Below, one piece after another: positions 39,398 through 54,635 of a DNA stretch of 64,000 nucleotides (positions are counted from its first letter, which is position 1; every line of letters begins with the position of its first letter). The stretch is from positions 25,854,001 through 25,918,000 of the forward strand of contig OZ024755.1 of assembly GCA_964016885.1 (NCBI GenBank). The letters run 5' to 3'. The DNA is from Eledone cirrhosa (taxonomy: Eukaryota). Position numbers and translations under genes: made by a program. The notes beneath the pieces were generated by a model, which worked only from the letters and a program-made list of their open reading frames with translations, made no database searches and was not told the DNA's origin.

Positions 39398-40529
39398 CTT
39401 CAAAGAAAGGACTGCACATGTGATTCTACAGGGGAAGTATCACACCTCTAATTCTACAGAAGAGGTACCACACCTGTAATTGTACAGAGGAAGTACGACA
39501 CCTGTAATTATACAAAGGAAGTACCACACATACATCCTTTCAAATATGGTACCACACCTTATCACACCTGTATCTCTTCATGTAAGGTACCACACCTGTA
39601 ATTCTACCAAGGAGGTACTACACCTGTAATTCTATAGAGGAGGTATCACACCTGAATCTCTTCAAATAAAGTACCACACCTGGGTCTCTTTAAATAAGGT
39701 ATCACACCTGTAAGTCTCCTTAGAAGGTAATCAGCCGACATTTCCCTCAAGTTTGGGTCTGGTCAAATTGGTCAGTGTTTTTGTTGTTATTTTCGTTTTT
39801 AGAGACAAAATATGATTTCTTTGAAAACCAACCATGTTGGAACAAAATAAAAATATATATATTTTTTATATTTTGGATTAGTGAAGTGATTTCTTGTCTT
39901 TGCCCACTTATTCCTGAGAGAGTCGTGGGGTTAGAGTCCTCAAACACTCTCGCCAATGGGTCCTGTCAGAAGCAACTGCCTCCAACTCATCCGGCTGGAT
40001 CCCCAAGCATGACCAACCAAGCTCATGGATGTTATCCGACCATCTTGCTCAGGGACTACCCCTGGGTCTCCTACATATTGGCTTCACCCATAAAATCTGC
40101 CCGGTGATTCTTTCCTTAGACATTCTAACCTCATGCCCATAGTATCGGAGCTGTAATCTCTCCCTGAAGTGACTCTCTGATCTCTGAGCTACACACTTTA
40201 TCGAGTAACGTTACTCCAATGACCTGTTGATTTGACGAAACTACTCTCTTCCCTGTACATCATGTAGGTATCAGTAAGAATGGATTTCCTTGGTAAAGCA
40301 GTTGCATTATCAAGGATTGAACTGATGGGTCACAAATCTATGGTTTAGCATTTTAGCCACACTGCCACAAAACCTGATGACAGCTATACAATGAAAATGT
40401 TAGAATAAAAAAATATATATATTATGAAAGTGGAATAAATTAGAAGTTACCAGGCATTACTGTCGACATTGTGGTAGATTCAAATCTCACACATTCAATG
40501 AAGATGATGATAATGATATATATATATAT

Positions 40530-40863
40530 GGCATGGCTTAGTGGTTAGGGCATTGGGCTTGCAATCGAAAGGTTGTGAGTTCAATTCTCGGACTGGGTGA
40601 TGTGTTGTTTCCGTGAGCAAGACACTTTATTTCACATTGCTCCAGTTTACTCAGCTTTAGAAATGAGATGATAGGACTGGGGTCCCTATCATTCCACTGC
40701 AAAGTGGTCGTGGGGGTGCCATGGCAAAAAAGCACCCACCCCATACTGTAAAAGTGGACGTGTAGGCGCCAAGGAAAAAAAAAAGCACCCAGCACTCACT
40801 GTAAATGAGGTTGGTGTTAGGAAGGGCATCCACCTGTAGAGATCAAGCCAGAATCAGTTCCCG
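40530..40863 (+). mobile_element. SINE family 2
   Basis: Matches 7165-7450. Confidence 0.8.
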
Positions 40864-42933
40864 TATGAGCCTTACCTCCTATTCACTCAACATCCCTCGC
40901 TTTCTATGTCTGTCTCTCTCAGGGGCTCCTCTGTATTTTTCTGCCTTTCTCTCCCTCCCCACTCTCTCTCTCTGTCTTCACAACTGACCCCCGCTTACCA
41001 CCACGCTATCTCCTTTTTCTCTCTCCCCTCACCTCTTATCTTCTACGTTCTCTCCTGGAATAAAATTGCGGGTGTGCAAAATTCGATCAATTTTACAGTC
41101 CAAGGGGAAGTAATTCTGTAAACAGCCCCTCCTACCACCACACTATCTACTTTCTGTCTCTCTCACCAAACAAACGTAAACACTCCCACCTCACCTCTTC
41201 TCCGTTCTCCTGGAATAAAATTACAGTCAAGTGGTAGTAATTCTGTAAACATACAGAAAGACACCAAGTCCCTACTTGGGTGCTCTACCAGGTAAAAATA
41301 TCTCTGACAAGATAAATAAAGTAATAAAACCTGACTATCAAACATCAATGTATTCGCCATAATTACATTCACAACTTTATAATGAAAAGTAAGATTAAAC
41401 CCTAAACTTCATGAAATTCCGGTAAAAGTATTCGTTTTTGTCTTAGCAGACGATGTTACAAGTGTGTGTGTTTATATGTAAATATACCTGTAAACATATG
41501 TATATATTTTTGTATGTATATATAAATTGTCTTGTTTACAAAAATATTTTTCTAATGTGTTTAATATTTCATATTTTTTCGAATGCTTTTCTTCCATTTA
41601 ATCACGACATAACTCTCAACTCACTCCCCTTCATTTACTTACTCTCCCTCCCCTCTCATACAGCCTCTTCTTTCTCTCTTTTCCCCTTCCTTATTTTTCT
41701 CTTACTCTGTCGTTGTTTCCCTCCTATAGTAACTCTCTCTCTCTTACTTTGACTTTCTACTTCCCACTCTTTCTCTCGTGAAATAAAATGTTTTATACCT
41801 CCACAGAATTATAATTTTTTTTTTTTTTCCTTCATAAAATTACTTGATGTTACCCACATTGACAAACTTACCCCTTTTATGACGGGTCCCGCTCGATTGT
41901 ACTGGAGCAGCCCCCCCCCCCCCCCCACACACACACATACACGTATATTCATAGGGTCTGTTGTTTAAACCAGGGATCATCTCTGCGGAAGCAAACTCGA
42001 ACTAAGGACGGCCTACCCTTGATTAACCCAACAAAGTATCGTTTTATGTATCGAAGATGACACTGTGCACTGTATCTTTCAGTGGGTTTTTTTTAGGGAC
42101 ATTTGGCTGCTATTGCTAGCAGCAACAAGGAAAGTCCCTAAACGATCTCTCATAGCAGACAAATCTTCCTAAAAGATAAACACCCAAATGTCTTTAAATA
42201 CATATAAAGTTAACTCATGAAACTTGCCTTGAATGTATTCCATCATAACAACACATTTACCTTCCCAGCATCTTGTACAGTCAAAGGTAAGTAGGTATCT
42301 TCATATACAATATATATATACATATATCAGTTCAAAATCCGGCAACCTAGAGGCTGGTTAATCCACAGTAATCCGTGTTCAGGGTAATTATCCAGGTTCG
42401 AATGGCAGGTGAGCCACGAAGGCGTGGAAAAATAGTTGATAAATGAAACAAAACAAACACAGGGATGCAAAAATACAAAGTCATATTAGGTTCAAGCTTG
42501 GAGGAAGTGGACGTGAGCTTGAATTTTAACAGGCTAATTATTTGTTAAATATATGTCTATGGTACTAAAACATCACTGCATCTCTCCACCTTTAAACATT
42601 AATAACATGAAATTAGAAAACCCTTGGAGTTCCCTCCAAATACTAAGCCTCACTTTCACTAAGGATCTCTCATGTCTAATGTACATTACTAAACATGGCC
42701 GTAACTGCTTTTAACAGACTGGCTCTTCTCGTCAGCATTGTTTGTTTAAGGATTAAATTATATCAAAGGCAAATAGAAGAAAACGGTTTATATAGGAATG
42801 TTGGGGCTTCCCTCTAATGATTTTTGAGGTAAACTCACATACTCGAAAGATGGCTCCCGGTGATAGGGAGGCTAAGTCGTGAAATAAGCAAGTATCGTAT
42901 CTTTACTAAGAGCATCAACCGAACCGTGTGTGC

Positions 42934-42965
<32 letters not shown>

Positions 42966-45339
42966 CAGGTTCAGTATCAAGAGACTATGTACGTGTGTGT
43001 AATTATGATGCCAATCTCTGGTGCAGGTGACATGATGAATTCCTCCCAGTACAATTGAGTTTGACTCGTCATAATACAGATAATTGTGAGAATCATCTTT
43101 CTTTATTTTTCTCATTGTGGTTTCTATCAAGTTATTTCATTTCGGTTAAAAAAATAATGTTTATGTTGTTTATTTTGTTTATCTCGGATGTGTGAAAAAG
43201 CAAAAGAGTCACTGACAGTGGTGTGTTATATGGAGTTTCTACCTCTAACACAAGGTGATAAAATCATCGAGTCTCAACCACCCACTATTAACAATCTCGC
43301 CTTTCTAATTTATTCAATTGCTGCTAATGTATGTTATTATTAGTTTTAAGGAGTTTTAAACTGGTTCAGTACCACTCAGCAGACGACAGTTAACTACTTA
43401 AGATTTATACCTATTATCTCCCCTTGACTCTATTTGAGCCAAAGAACTGAACACACGCATTTATCTTCCAATCTCCAATTTTTCTCTCAAATCATCCGGA
43501 GTTCGTCGTTCAGTTACTGGTACATAATAAATCTAGTGAAGCATGTTCGCTTCGTGTACATATAAATACGTATACATTATGCATAGTCGTGTACACGCAT
43601 ATATGTATATTTTTATATTCATTTATATATATATATGTGTAGCACAAAATATCCGTGTGGTAAAAAAAAGTAGTGTAAGTGTTGATATAATATATATCTA
43701 TATTCATACCCAGAACAAAAGAGGGCTACCTTAGTTTTCAAGGCTCAGTTATTGTCACCTCCCTGAACTGTGTATGGTCAATACTAGACATTGAAACCTA
43801 AGTTAGCGCTTTCGCATTCTGTGTATAATAATGAAATTATTGTGTACAGTGCTCAGGTGCACTACAACTCATCAAAGGTGCATGTATAGTACATAGAATA
43901 ATGTACAAATGTCAGGGAAGTGAATAGTGTATGAGTCATGATATACATGAGTGTGTGTGTATGGAGGGGGAGTATTAGGTGTAGTGTTGGCGTATCTCAG
44001 GAAGCATGGAGGTTTTAAAGGATGCAGTGTCTCGACAGCTAATAACTGATGCCCGGAGTTTGTTCCATGCTTCAGCAACTCTGAGCATGAAAAAAATGTT
44101 TCTGAGTGTGTCAGGTTATACGTACGTAGAGTAAAATCATGCTATAAGTCTACATTGGTTATTCACTCTTAATTTATATATGGGGTGGCGGGTTAAATCG
44201 GGGGTAACCATAGTAAGTAAGGTACTCAATACAGAGACAGATTTCTTAGGTCATTTTACTATAATCACTTTATAATTATTGAAAGCTGTAAATGTAATAT
44301 GACCTGCTTGGACTCAAATTGTATTTTCTGACCGTTTTAGAGTGCAAAGAGCTAAACTAATCACTACAACTAAATAGACTATTTCGGCACCCTCTAATTC
44401 AGAAATGCTTCCACCGCCCCTATAACTAGAGATAATTATCATTATTCTATTGACTGTGACTGTTCTGAGTTTCATAATTCTGTCACTTTAACACAGAAAA
44501 AAAAAAAGACTCCAACACATGAAAGACTTATTTATTTATTTATTTATTTCTATCTCAGTTTTTTGAATACTTCAAATTTTTAGCTTCTTTTTCTTTAAAA
44601 ATATAAAACTCTGCAATGTATAAAATACAAATTTAGTAATATACAAATGTTGGCAATAATGTGTGGTTTCTGTTGGGAAATAAAGTTTTAAAACCCAGTG
44701 GAGTGTTGTTGTGAGTTGCTACAGCTCACACCTAGGTAGATTTAGCTGGCCTCATCATTGAGGTTGTATATCATAGGTTTCTCAGGTATCTTAATGATAT
44801 GGGCCTCAGTTCTATCATGTTGTTACAGCTCACACCCAGCACCGTTGAAGTTGGTACGTTTGTACAAATTTGGCACTATTTGCCCTTAATTTGATTTTTC
44901 TGTACATTTTATACATCTGGAGTTTTTGGTAAGTTTTTAGCAACTTTGGCTAAATTGAAATTCTAAACTCACCATTTAATGATGTACCATTCCTCAGCTA
45001 TAATGACCTTTATGTCAAGAAGCTATACATTAAATGTATTTGCCCATCAGATCTCACTTGACATCAATAACTCTTCTGTGTAGTATTTCAAATTGGTAGC
45101 CAACCATCTTCTGTATTATGCTGGTAGCCAATAATAATGCACTATTCACTCACAATTGATCAGTGGAAGTTTTACTTGAATAGTTTCCACTGACAAAATG
45201 CAAGGACATCTAAATATAGACAGATTAAGACAACCATATCAGTTCAGTTTAAGCTGTTGTGTCACAGCATGCAGTGTGATTTGGTGGTATCATTTTTCAG
45301 TATCTGAACCGTTTTGCTTTTTTTGAGAAACATTTTGAA

Positions 45340-46040
45340 CTCATCATGAGTGGAAAACAAGTAAATATCATTCTGATAGTGATTAAAGTGACACTCCTCA
45401 GAAGAAAAAACTAAAATCCACTTTCTATGAAATAAAAGTTCCAAAAACAATGAGAAATTTTCATTGTGGTTGGAATTGAGTAAAAAAAAACACAAGCAAA
45501 GGCTACTGTAAATTGTGCAATTGTGAGATAGCTGGTAGCTTAAGTCAAATACTAAGGCATAAGAAACATACAAAAAGAATGTGAAAGTAGCAAAACAAAC
45601 AGTGAAAGTGACAGATTTCATCAAGCCTACTCACTTAACAAAATAGCATCAGCTGAGTTGAAATTGTGTGGATATATTGCTGAGCACAAGCTACCCATTG
45701 CTATTTTGGATCATTTGTCTGGCTTATTGCCAATGTATGCTCGGATTAAAAAATCACCAAAGACATCATGTGTGCAGGAACTAAAGAAACTTGCATTTTT
45801 TTCAAATGTAATTGGTCCCCATACTAAATTCAGCAAAGTCCTCCCTTATTGTAGATGAAACAATGAATATTTCTACCAACAAGCAACTTGTTCTAGTAGT
45901 GAGATATTGCAACTATGACATTCAAAAGATGAGCTTTTTACGCTTCTGGAAATTAAAGACTGCTGTGTCTATCATTTTTCATGGAAAATAATCTTTCTCT
46001 TGAAAACTTAATTGGATTTGCCAGTGATAATGTCAGTGTT
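45340..46040 (+). mobile_element. Degenerate hAT-superfamily transposase remnant (partial copy at 29015-29411)
   Basis: ELKLCGYIAEHKLPIAILDHL, NVIG, IVDET.NIS..KQLVLVVRY, LIGFASDN across broken frames. Confidence 0.65.
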
Positions 46041-46424
46041 GTGTCCTCAGCCACACTGGGGAGTCAATGGTGGAAAAAGCAAGATTAAGGGGTTACATGT
46101 TGTTTGCCAAGGGATGGGATGAGCAGGAAGTGTGGCCTTGAGAGGGATGTGAATGGGCAGGAAGACTAATATGTTGGAAGGGGGCAGCAGATGTGTGAGG
46201 GTGATGACTAGGTGGGGGAAAGAGGTTAGATAGTAAAGTAGGGAAACAGAAGGGGAGATAATTGACAGGGAGCAGGGAACCTAAATACCATCATCCTCTC
46301 TTTAAATGTTTCATATTGCTCAGGTGGGAAAGTCTTCCGTAGTATGGTATATCACCAGTCAACTCCTTTGGAGGGAGATGATATTTCATACACACACACG
46401 TGTGTGTGTATGCCTGTGTGTCTT

Positions 46425-46810
46425 ATTCAGCAGTCAGAAGGATGCTCTGAAAGTATGATAGCCAGATTAAGGACAGGCTAGAAGATTAGGGAGCTGTTAC
46501 CTCTGCTGACAATGAAGAGCTTCTCTTTCAGGGTGAAGACATCTGCATGTGAACTACAATGCTACATGGCAGTGAGACATGGATCATGACTACAGAAAAC
46601 TTGTGAAGGCTGGGGAAAAAATGAAGCAAGCATGCTCTGATTAATGTGTAACATTAGTGTGTATTAACGATGGAGCATAAATTAGCTGAGAGAAAGATGG
46701 CAGCTGTATCTTAGTGAATGTGACTCTTGGATGAAGTAGACTGAGAAAGACATGGGGTGAGGTAGTGGCAGCTGACCTTAAGAAGCAGAACCTTTGCAGG
46801 GAAAGACAAA
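46425..46810 (+). mobile_element. Degenerate RTE LINE fragment
   Basis: [21 protein letters not shown] remnants. Confidence 0.7.
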
Positions 46811-46869
46811 ATACCAAATTTTTGGCTAAATGCGTTCAGTCTCATGAGCTCTTAACCCAACCTTATAAT

Positions 46870-49045
46870 GAAGTTATCAGGGAGCTAGAAAAGATACCCT
46901 CATAGCTAGATAACGACATCCCTTTCTTACTTCTGTAGAATGAAACAAATAATCCAAACAATTACAGAGAGATAACTTACTTGACCACAATGTATAACAT
47001 CTTAACATTAATTCTAACTGAATACACACATGATCACCAGACATCAAAAGAATTATTTCCTGATGAGCAGAAAAGATATAAATGAGATTCATATGGTTGT
47101 AAAGATCAGCTTTTGATTAACGAAATGATCCTGGAAGATTATCATAATAGACACAAGAATCTATCAATTGTTTGGATAAATTACAAAAGAGTAGTTGATA
47201 ATTTACTGCAGTTGGATTGAAAAGTGTTTAGAGGTTTTCAAAATATCTCCCATTATCAGGAAGTTCCTATCATCTGGTAGAAAGCATGGTAAACAACACT
47301 CATTTTGAACAGGAAATATATAAAGCACAAGCGATGTGATAGATCAAGTAGCCAAGATATCAAACTCGAAAGCTCCCGGACCAGATAGCATCCACAGCTT
47401 TTAGTTGAAAAGATGCAATGCAGTTCATGAAAGACTGGCAACACAATTGAATGAATGTGTTCAGAGGTGCAGTCCCCACCTGGGTTGTTACAGGGAGAAC
47501 AACGCTTATGATAAAAGATAGAAGTGGAATGCTGTGGGAAACTACCACCTTATAGCAAGCCTAAACATAATATGGAAGGTTCTCACTGGGATATTTGTGA
47601 GGAAGACATATGCTTTTCTGTCACTGGAAAGAAAACTACCAAGGGAACAAGAAGAAAGTAGGAAGAGGTCCCAGGGTACCAAAGATAACCTGGCTATTGA
47701 TAAGACACTTTTGAAGCATTGTAAGAAACATCATGCAAACACTTCTATGGCCTGGATTGACTTTAAGAAGGCATATGGTATGGTGTCCCATTCTTGGATT
47801 AGTGAATGTCTGGCAGATGTTTGGTGTTGCTGGCAAGTTTCTGCTGAATAGTATGCCAGAGTAGAAAACCAAGTTATATTCAAGCAATATCTTTCTGCGA
47901 GAAGTAGAAATTAAAAGAAGTATCTTCCAAGTAGACTTATTCTCACCATTACTGTTATAGCACTGATACCTATAACACTCACACTCAGAAAAATAAAAAT
48001 GGGTTATCAATGTGGAAAGCAAGGACCATTCATAAACCACCTTCAGTTTATGGATGACCTGAAACTGTTTGGGAAGTCTGAAATCCAAATAGACTCATTA
48101 GTTAAAATAGACATCGGTATGGAATTTGGAATTTCCAAATGCTCTGTATTCAACATGAAAAGAGGGAAGGAAGCAGTCTGTAGTGGATTATTACTGTTAC
48201 TGAGAGAAACCATGGGAGAACCAGAAGATATTTGGAGGTCTTAGAGTTAGATGATATTTTGCCTGCAGAAATGAAAAAGAAGACTAGAGGGACATATTTA
48301 AAAAGAGTAAAAATGATTTTTGAAATCCAACTTCCTACCAATTCAGTGAAGTATAACACCTACAAAACTTCTGACACCCAGAAATGCAGGTTGTGGAAAA
48401 TGTAACCCACTTGGTGAGTGGATGTGAGAGCTTTGTACAACAAGAATACATAAGTGCCACCATGATAAAATGTGTCTACACCTTCATTGGCTTCTGTGTC
48501 ATAAATACCAATATGAAGTCATAGAGAATGGGTATGAGCATGTACCTTGTAAAGTAATGCAAGAGGATGGCAAAGCAATGTTATTCTGGGATTATGATTT
48601 TCAAACTGATAGAGTAATTGAGCCAACTGGACATTGTTGTATTAAACAAGACAAATGCTGTCAGATCATCGAATGGGCATACTAAATGACACAAATATTG
48701 TGAGTAAGGAGACTGAAAAAAAATCACCAAATACTCTAAATTGAAAGTGGAGCTGGCAAGACTATTTGGAATACAAAGGTGATGTGAACGTGATACCAGT
48801 TGTGATCAGGGCCTTAGGGTCAATCCCACTAGGTATTATCTCGAAGAGCTTCCAAGGCTGGCTAAAGAATATTAGCCCAGCCCCCTTTTTTGTAACACTT
48901 TAAAAAGCATGCCTACTGGAAACAGCAAGGACCCTCTGATACGACCTGAATATCTGAAGCTGTAGGTAGCAGCTTGATGTTCATTTGGGCAAATTTTCCG
49001 GTTAAATAACATCAATGACTGAAATGTCAAATTAATAATAATATA
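46870..49045 (+). mobile_element. Degenerate R4/Dong-like non-LTR retrotransposon(s) (RT plus CCHC and restriction-like endonuclease)
   Basis: GTKDNLAIDK, MAWIDFKKAY..VSHSWI, HLQFMDDLKLF, HLVSGC, WDYDFQTDR; (AAT)n tail. Confidence 0.8.
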
Positions 49046-49047
49046 AT

Positions 49048-50532
49048 AGGATCAGATCGCTCTTGAGCGCTACTAGTAACATGTAACCCAGTACAACATG
49101 TTGCATGGTCGAGTTATCGGCGATTAATCTAGCAACCCCTGAAGCTTGCTTGGTGATGAGGGTGAATTTGGATTACCCTACGGGATGAAAAACAAAATCT
49201 GTCATAGCGTGAAGAGTCAACGGTCATCAAAAAAGGAGAATTGCTTAGGAAAAAATATTAATATTCTGGAAAGAGAAAAACGAGGTGAATTAAGAAAAAG
49301 GGGTTAAGATTGAACAGCTTACAGGGAAGTACAATATCAGGAGAAAGAAGATTACTATGGTAATTGAAGAGCTGAAACAAAGGGTACTTACCAAAGCTGC
49401 AAAGATTAAGAGGTATGAACAACAGAATGTATGTTTCAAACAAAATCAGAAAAGATTCTATCAGGAGGTAAATGGTATGGTTAGGAATGAAGGACTCCAG
49501 CAAAGGAAATGCAGTTGACGACTTTAGACCTATCAGATGGAAGGAATTGTATTACTAGACAGACAAGATATGAAGGAAATTGATGACAATGGGTATAAGT
49601 ACTTAGGCATCCTGGAAACAAATCAAATGAAAGAGAAGGAAATGAAAGAACTATTATCAAATGAATATAAATGGAGACTGAAGTTGGTGTTAAAGACGAA
49701 GTTAAGTGGTAGGAATAAGATACTGGCTATCAACACATGGGCTGTTGCAGTGCTAAGGTATAGTACTGGTGTGATAGAGTGGAGATGTGATGAACTTAAG
49801 GAGCTTGATAGAAAAACAAGAAAAATGATGACACTACAAGGGGCTCTACACCCCAAAAGTGATGTGGACAGGTTGTATCTATCATGACAGAGAGGAGGAA
49901 GAAGTCTCATTAGCTGTGAAATGTGTGTGAAGTCTGAGGAAAATAATCTGCACAGAAAGAGAAGGCCAGGCTAGTTCATTGGAAACTCTGTCATAAGTAT
50001 GACATGAACAGAAGTGAGAAATGGTATGAGCACCAACTATGGGTTGCTGAAAATGAACGATATAAGATCTTGTGGGACATAACATTCTAGTGCAACCATC
50101 TTATCATAGCTAGAAAATCTGACATTGTTGCCATAGAAAAGAACAACAACAAGGCAATTATTGTGGATATTGCTTCACCATGGGACCACAGGGTGAATGA
50201 GAAGAACAGTGAGAAAGCTGAGAAATACCAGGAAACTGGAGAATCAGACATGTAGAAGCGGTACCAATTGAGGTTGGTGCACTGGAAGCAGTTAGTAAAA
50301 GGTTAGATGCATGGCTTAAGAAACTAGGAATTACCTTCAGGGCAGGATTGTTGCAGAAAACAGTCTTGCTAGGAACAGCAAATATTCTAAGAAGGGTGTT
50401 GGAAAGTTGAAGGAAAAGGAATGACCCAAAGGACCTTTGGCCATTGGCTATGGCTCGCTCTTTTGGTATAGTGTTGATATAACATCTGCCAGAGCAAAAG
50501 TATTACGAATAATAATATAATAATAATAATAT
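49048..50532 (+). mobile_element. Second, internally deleted R4/Dong-like element
   Basis: YKYLGILE, NKILAINTWAVAVLRY, LDRKTRKMMT..ALHPKSDVDRLY, EKYQ, GALE, LQKTVLLGTA; (AAT)n tail. Confidence 0.8.
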
Positions 50533-51379
50533 TAACAATAATCTCAATCTTTAAAACACTTTTATGTTTTGAAAATATTTAACCAAAATTAAAAAATGAA
50601 TTTTTTATAATTTATATAAAAAAACACAAAAACAAAACAGTAAAAAAATGACAAGTGTTGTATTTTTACATTGATTATCATCTCATATTGTATTTCTGAC
50701 TTTTAAATTCACTGTTAATGTTTCAGAAATTAAGAAAGAATACCAAGAGAATGTATTGAAAGAAGAATAAAATATAACAACCAAATACATAATAAAAATA
50801 ATGGAGATATGAGATTGGACATTCTTGAGAGAGAAAAAAAAAATTTCTTTCTTCCTTGAATTGCTCCTATTTGGCAAGTAATTTGATCTGAGATCACATT
50901 TGTAAACTAAAATAGCTGCATTATTGTTGTAAGAGACATTAACATACAGAGCCACAATTTAAAAAAACAACAGATATTGAGAGCGATTGTGGCCTGATGG
51001 TGTTTGTCTTCTTAATACCAGTATAGTGGGTTGGTTTTAATTTGATTTACATTAATTGTATTTTGTGTGGTGTGTTTTAGCTAGTTTAGCTTTGCTGTAT
51101 TTAGTTCGTGGGTAAGGTTGTATAAGGAAAAATTATATATATTGTATCATGCCTTTGATACTGTGTGGACTAAGATCCCCTTTCAAAGGTCTGGTATGAA
51201 GGGGTTTTCTGTTGTGATAATCATATTGTGTATGTTGTATGTTTTAGTTAGTTTAGGCTTGTTCTATGTGGTTGGACAATGACAAGCTGTTGTATTGGCA
51301 CAAGGGATATTGTGGTTGTGCAGATGATATCTGCTTTGGCAATGGATAGACAAACTATATTTAGCAGAGAGGGAGGAGT

Positions 51380-52900
51380 TACACCCTCTGTTCAAATTAA
51401 CAACAATTGAAAAACAAACCACAATGAAACAACCAAATAATTCACCATACCACATCGTTTGTCGCACGAGTCAACAAGAAACATGTCCCCTGATAGAAAA
51501 CTAAGTCAGGGTAAAAACATTGGTTACTGGATCTTTACTGAAATGCAAGAAATTTATAAATATAACTTCTTTCAACACTAGGACCCTAAATGAACTTACA
51601 GCTTGAAGTTACATGTGTACAAGAACATCGTTATCATCTTGATGATATAATCAAATATTATAATTTAAGAAAAGGCTGGAAACTTGTGTCTATTTCAGCT
51701 GATAAGGCTCATAACAATTCAACTACTGGAGGAGTCGACATGATTTTAAGTCCAAAAGCTGAAGAATCTTTGCTTTGTATTGAGTCTATAACTCCAGGAA
51801 TAATGGTACCAATTTTCACTGGAAATTCAAAATTATCTACAATCTGTGGTTGCAGTCCTAAAAATACTGCAGAATTAGAGATTACTGAAAAATTTCTACA
51901 ATGAATTTTCAGGTTTGATACGCGACGTCCCAAAATATAACCTAACTCTCATTGCAGGAGATTTTAACACAAAGATTGGACAAGACAAACTTAAAAGGGT
52001 TTTACTTTCATAACAAAACAGACATTTAAATATCCAAATGGTGCCCGAAGTCAACTTAAGATCATATTTTAATAAATAATAATGGAAATATATTGCGATG
52101 AACTGTGAAGCTTATAACTCTTGCCTACCACTAGATTCAGATCATAGGCCTATCACAGCAAAGATCAGATTATCACTAAGATGTAACTAAACTAACAAGA
52201 CAAAGAAAATTCCTTTTGACTAGCCTATACTAAACACAAAAGAGAATAGAAAATTACACAGTTGAAATTAGTCAGATACTATGCTCTTCTAGACCAATCT
52301 TAAGATAACTCTACCAATACAATGTATGAGAACATAATGGAAGCATATAAAAAGGTTGCAGAACTCGACATATCTTTGAAACTGAAGAAAGCAAAGAAAG
52401 TTCCGTGAGAAAACCAAGAGGTAGTAAGGAAAAAAAGGGTTAAAAAGTGCCCATTCTAAACATGCTTTATTAAACTGAAAGAAACTAACGGTTTGTAGCT
52501 GAAGCTAAAAGGAATCTGGATCATGTTTACATCAAAGAACAAGAAAGCTATGTTAGGGAGAAAGTAGAACTATTGCATAATTCCCAGTTAAATCCAAAAG
52601 CTAAGCTTGCATATAGAGTTAACGAAATAATTGGAAAAAAGAAATCCAACCGATGTAAGATAAAAGCTGAAAGCTCTGAGAAAAGAATAAAGTTGCAGAA
52701 GGAGCATTTTGCTATGTTACTCAGACAACCTCCCTTCATAGTTGAAGGCAATACTGACAAGGTATTTGACCTGCTGCCTCTTGATGTTGGTGATTTTACA
52801 ATGAAGGAGTTGAACGATACAATCAAGTCAACAAGCTTGGATAATATATCAGCAGATCTATAGAAAGTATGCATGAACGATGAGCTGCTAGAAATCTACC
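51380..52900 (+). mobile_element. Degenerate APE-endonuclease LINE (fragment also at 29786-30179)
   Basis: SFNTRTL, CVQEHR, GDFN.KIG, DHIL, SDHRPI endonuclease motifs across broken frames. Confidence 0.78.
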
Positions 52901-53739
52901 AAAAAACCTTCAAAGATGTTTAAGGTTTTGTAAAAAAAAATTGTGTGTGTTGGACATTTGTTGGCTTCGACAAGCGTTCCAGTTGATCGATCAATGGAAC
53001 AGGGTGGTTGCGAAATCAATGTATATGGTTGAGTATTCCACAGACATGTAACTTTGGCGTAATTCTCAGTGTGACAGTGTATGATAAGGCTGTCCCTTTC
53101 AGTTACAGATACAGTCCATCTTGTATTATAGTGTAGGTGGCTGAGCATTCTGTAGAGATATACCCATAATGTAAGTCTCAGAGAGATTCAGCTTTACAGT
53201 GTGTGAATAACAAGTACAATTAATCTTTTCAGCTGGAGCAACTTGAAATAAAGTGTCTTGCTCAAGGATGCAACCAGGCAGACAGAATTAAACTTACAGA
53301 CTTATGACTGAGTCAAACACCCCTAACTAGTAAGCCACACACACACAGAGAGGTGTAGCAGGGGATCCCGGCCCCCTCTTTGGTTTACATATTTGGTGCT
53401 CTTACCTCATTTAACATACATTGATAGACCCGAGTAAATTGTGTACCCCTTCATACCCGTGTGTGGGGAAAAGACTACCCTGCCTCGCTATACCTCACAC
53501 ACACACACACACCTATTTACACTTAGGTTTTATTGTTATTGGATGGGCAGTATCAGTAGAGCATCAGCAGCATAGAGTTACAACCCTTTATGTTGTGAAT
53601 TTAAATCCCATGTGCACCCCCTCCACTATCACCCCTTAGCCCCATACACTATCAGTCACCCGGTCCACTTACTCATGACCCAGACAAATCCTCACACTCG
53701 CCATACACATATAACTTCATACCTAAACACCTGCCCTCT

Positions 53740-54470
53740 CTCTCTAGTAATGGTGCCATGAAAATGCAACCTGTACACCCTATAAGGTGGTTGGTGACAG
53801 GAAAGGCACCCCACTGTAGAAAGCATGCCTTAAAAGGGTTGGGGGGACACCCCATTTGTATTATTGGCACAACAATTTCTCTAGTGTTTGTGATCTACAT
53901 GATAAACACACCCAGTACATGCTGCAAAATGGTTTGTGATAGGAAGGGTACCCAGCTATAGAAAGTTTGCCAAACAAAGAGCTAGGAGGACCCTGTGTCA
54001 AAGACACAATAACCTCTACTGTAGAACGTGGGACCATACATGAGCAAGATGCAAATCCCCAACCTGTCTAAGGGGTCAGTAGCCTCGCTTCTGGACTGAC
54101 GCGGTCTTTGAAGATCCATCCAATCCTTGCTAGTGAGGAAAGTGGATGTTAAATGATGATGATGATGATTATAAAGGACATGACAGCCTCCTTAGTGCTG
54201 GTGATCTACACAATAAAATAACCTGGTACACACTGTAAAGTCTTTGGTGTTAGGAAGGGCATCCAACCATAGAAAGCTTGCCAAACAAGGGGTTAGGAGG
54301 ATCTTTCAGTTTGTGTCAAAAGACACAACTTCTCCTCTGCTCTCAATATGACTGTATATAAACAGGATACAGACACTTTGGCCTTTCCGGGAGGTCAGTA
54401 ACCCCACTTCTATGTAGACCCATCCAACCCTTGCTAGCAGGGGAAATAGATATTAAATGATAATGATGAT
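53740..54470 (+). mobile_element. Old SINE/RTE-tail fragments ending in (ATG)n
   Basis: ggtgttaggaagggcatcca..tagaaa and ccaacccttgctag..gttaaatgatgatg. Confidence 0.6.
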
Positions 54471-54526
54471 GATATGTTTAGTCAAAACTAATTGGATATC
54501 TCCATTTATATATTTGTGTGTATATC

Positions 54527-54557
<31 letters not shown>

Positions 54558-54581
54558 CATGTGTGTGTGTGTGTATGAGTG

Positions 54582-54635
<54 letters not shown>

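Larger units (their letters stand above)
30180..51856 (+). repeat. Tandem segmental duplication, unit B
   Basis: Homology to unit A ends at ...tctgtggttgcagt (30179 = 51856). Confidence 0.9.
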
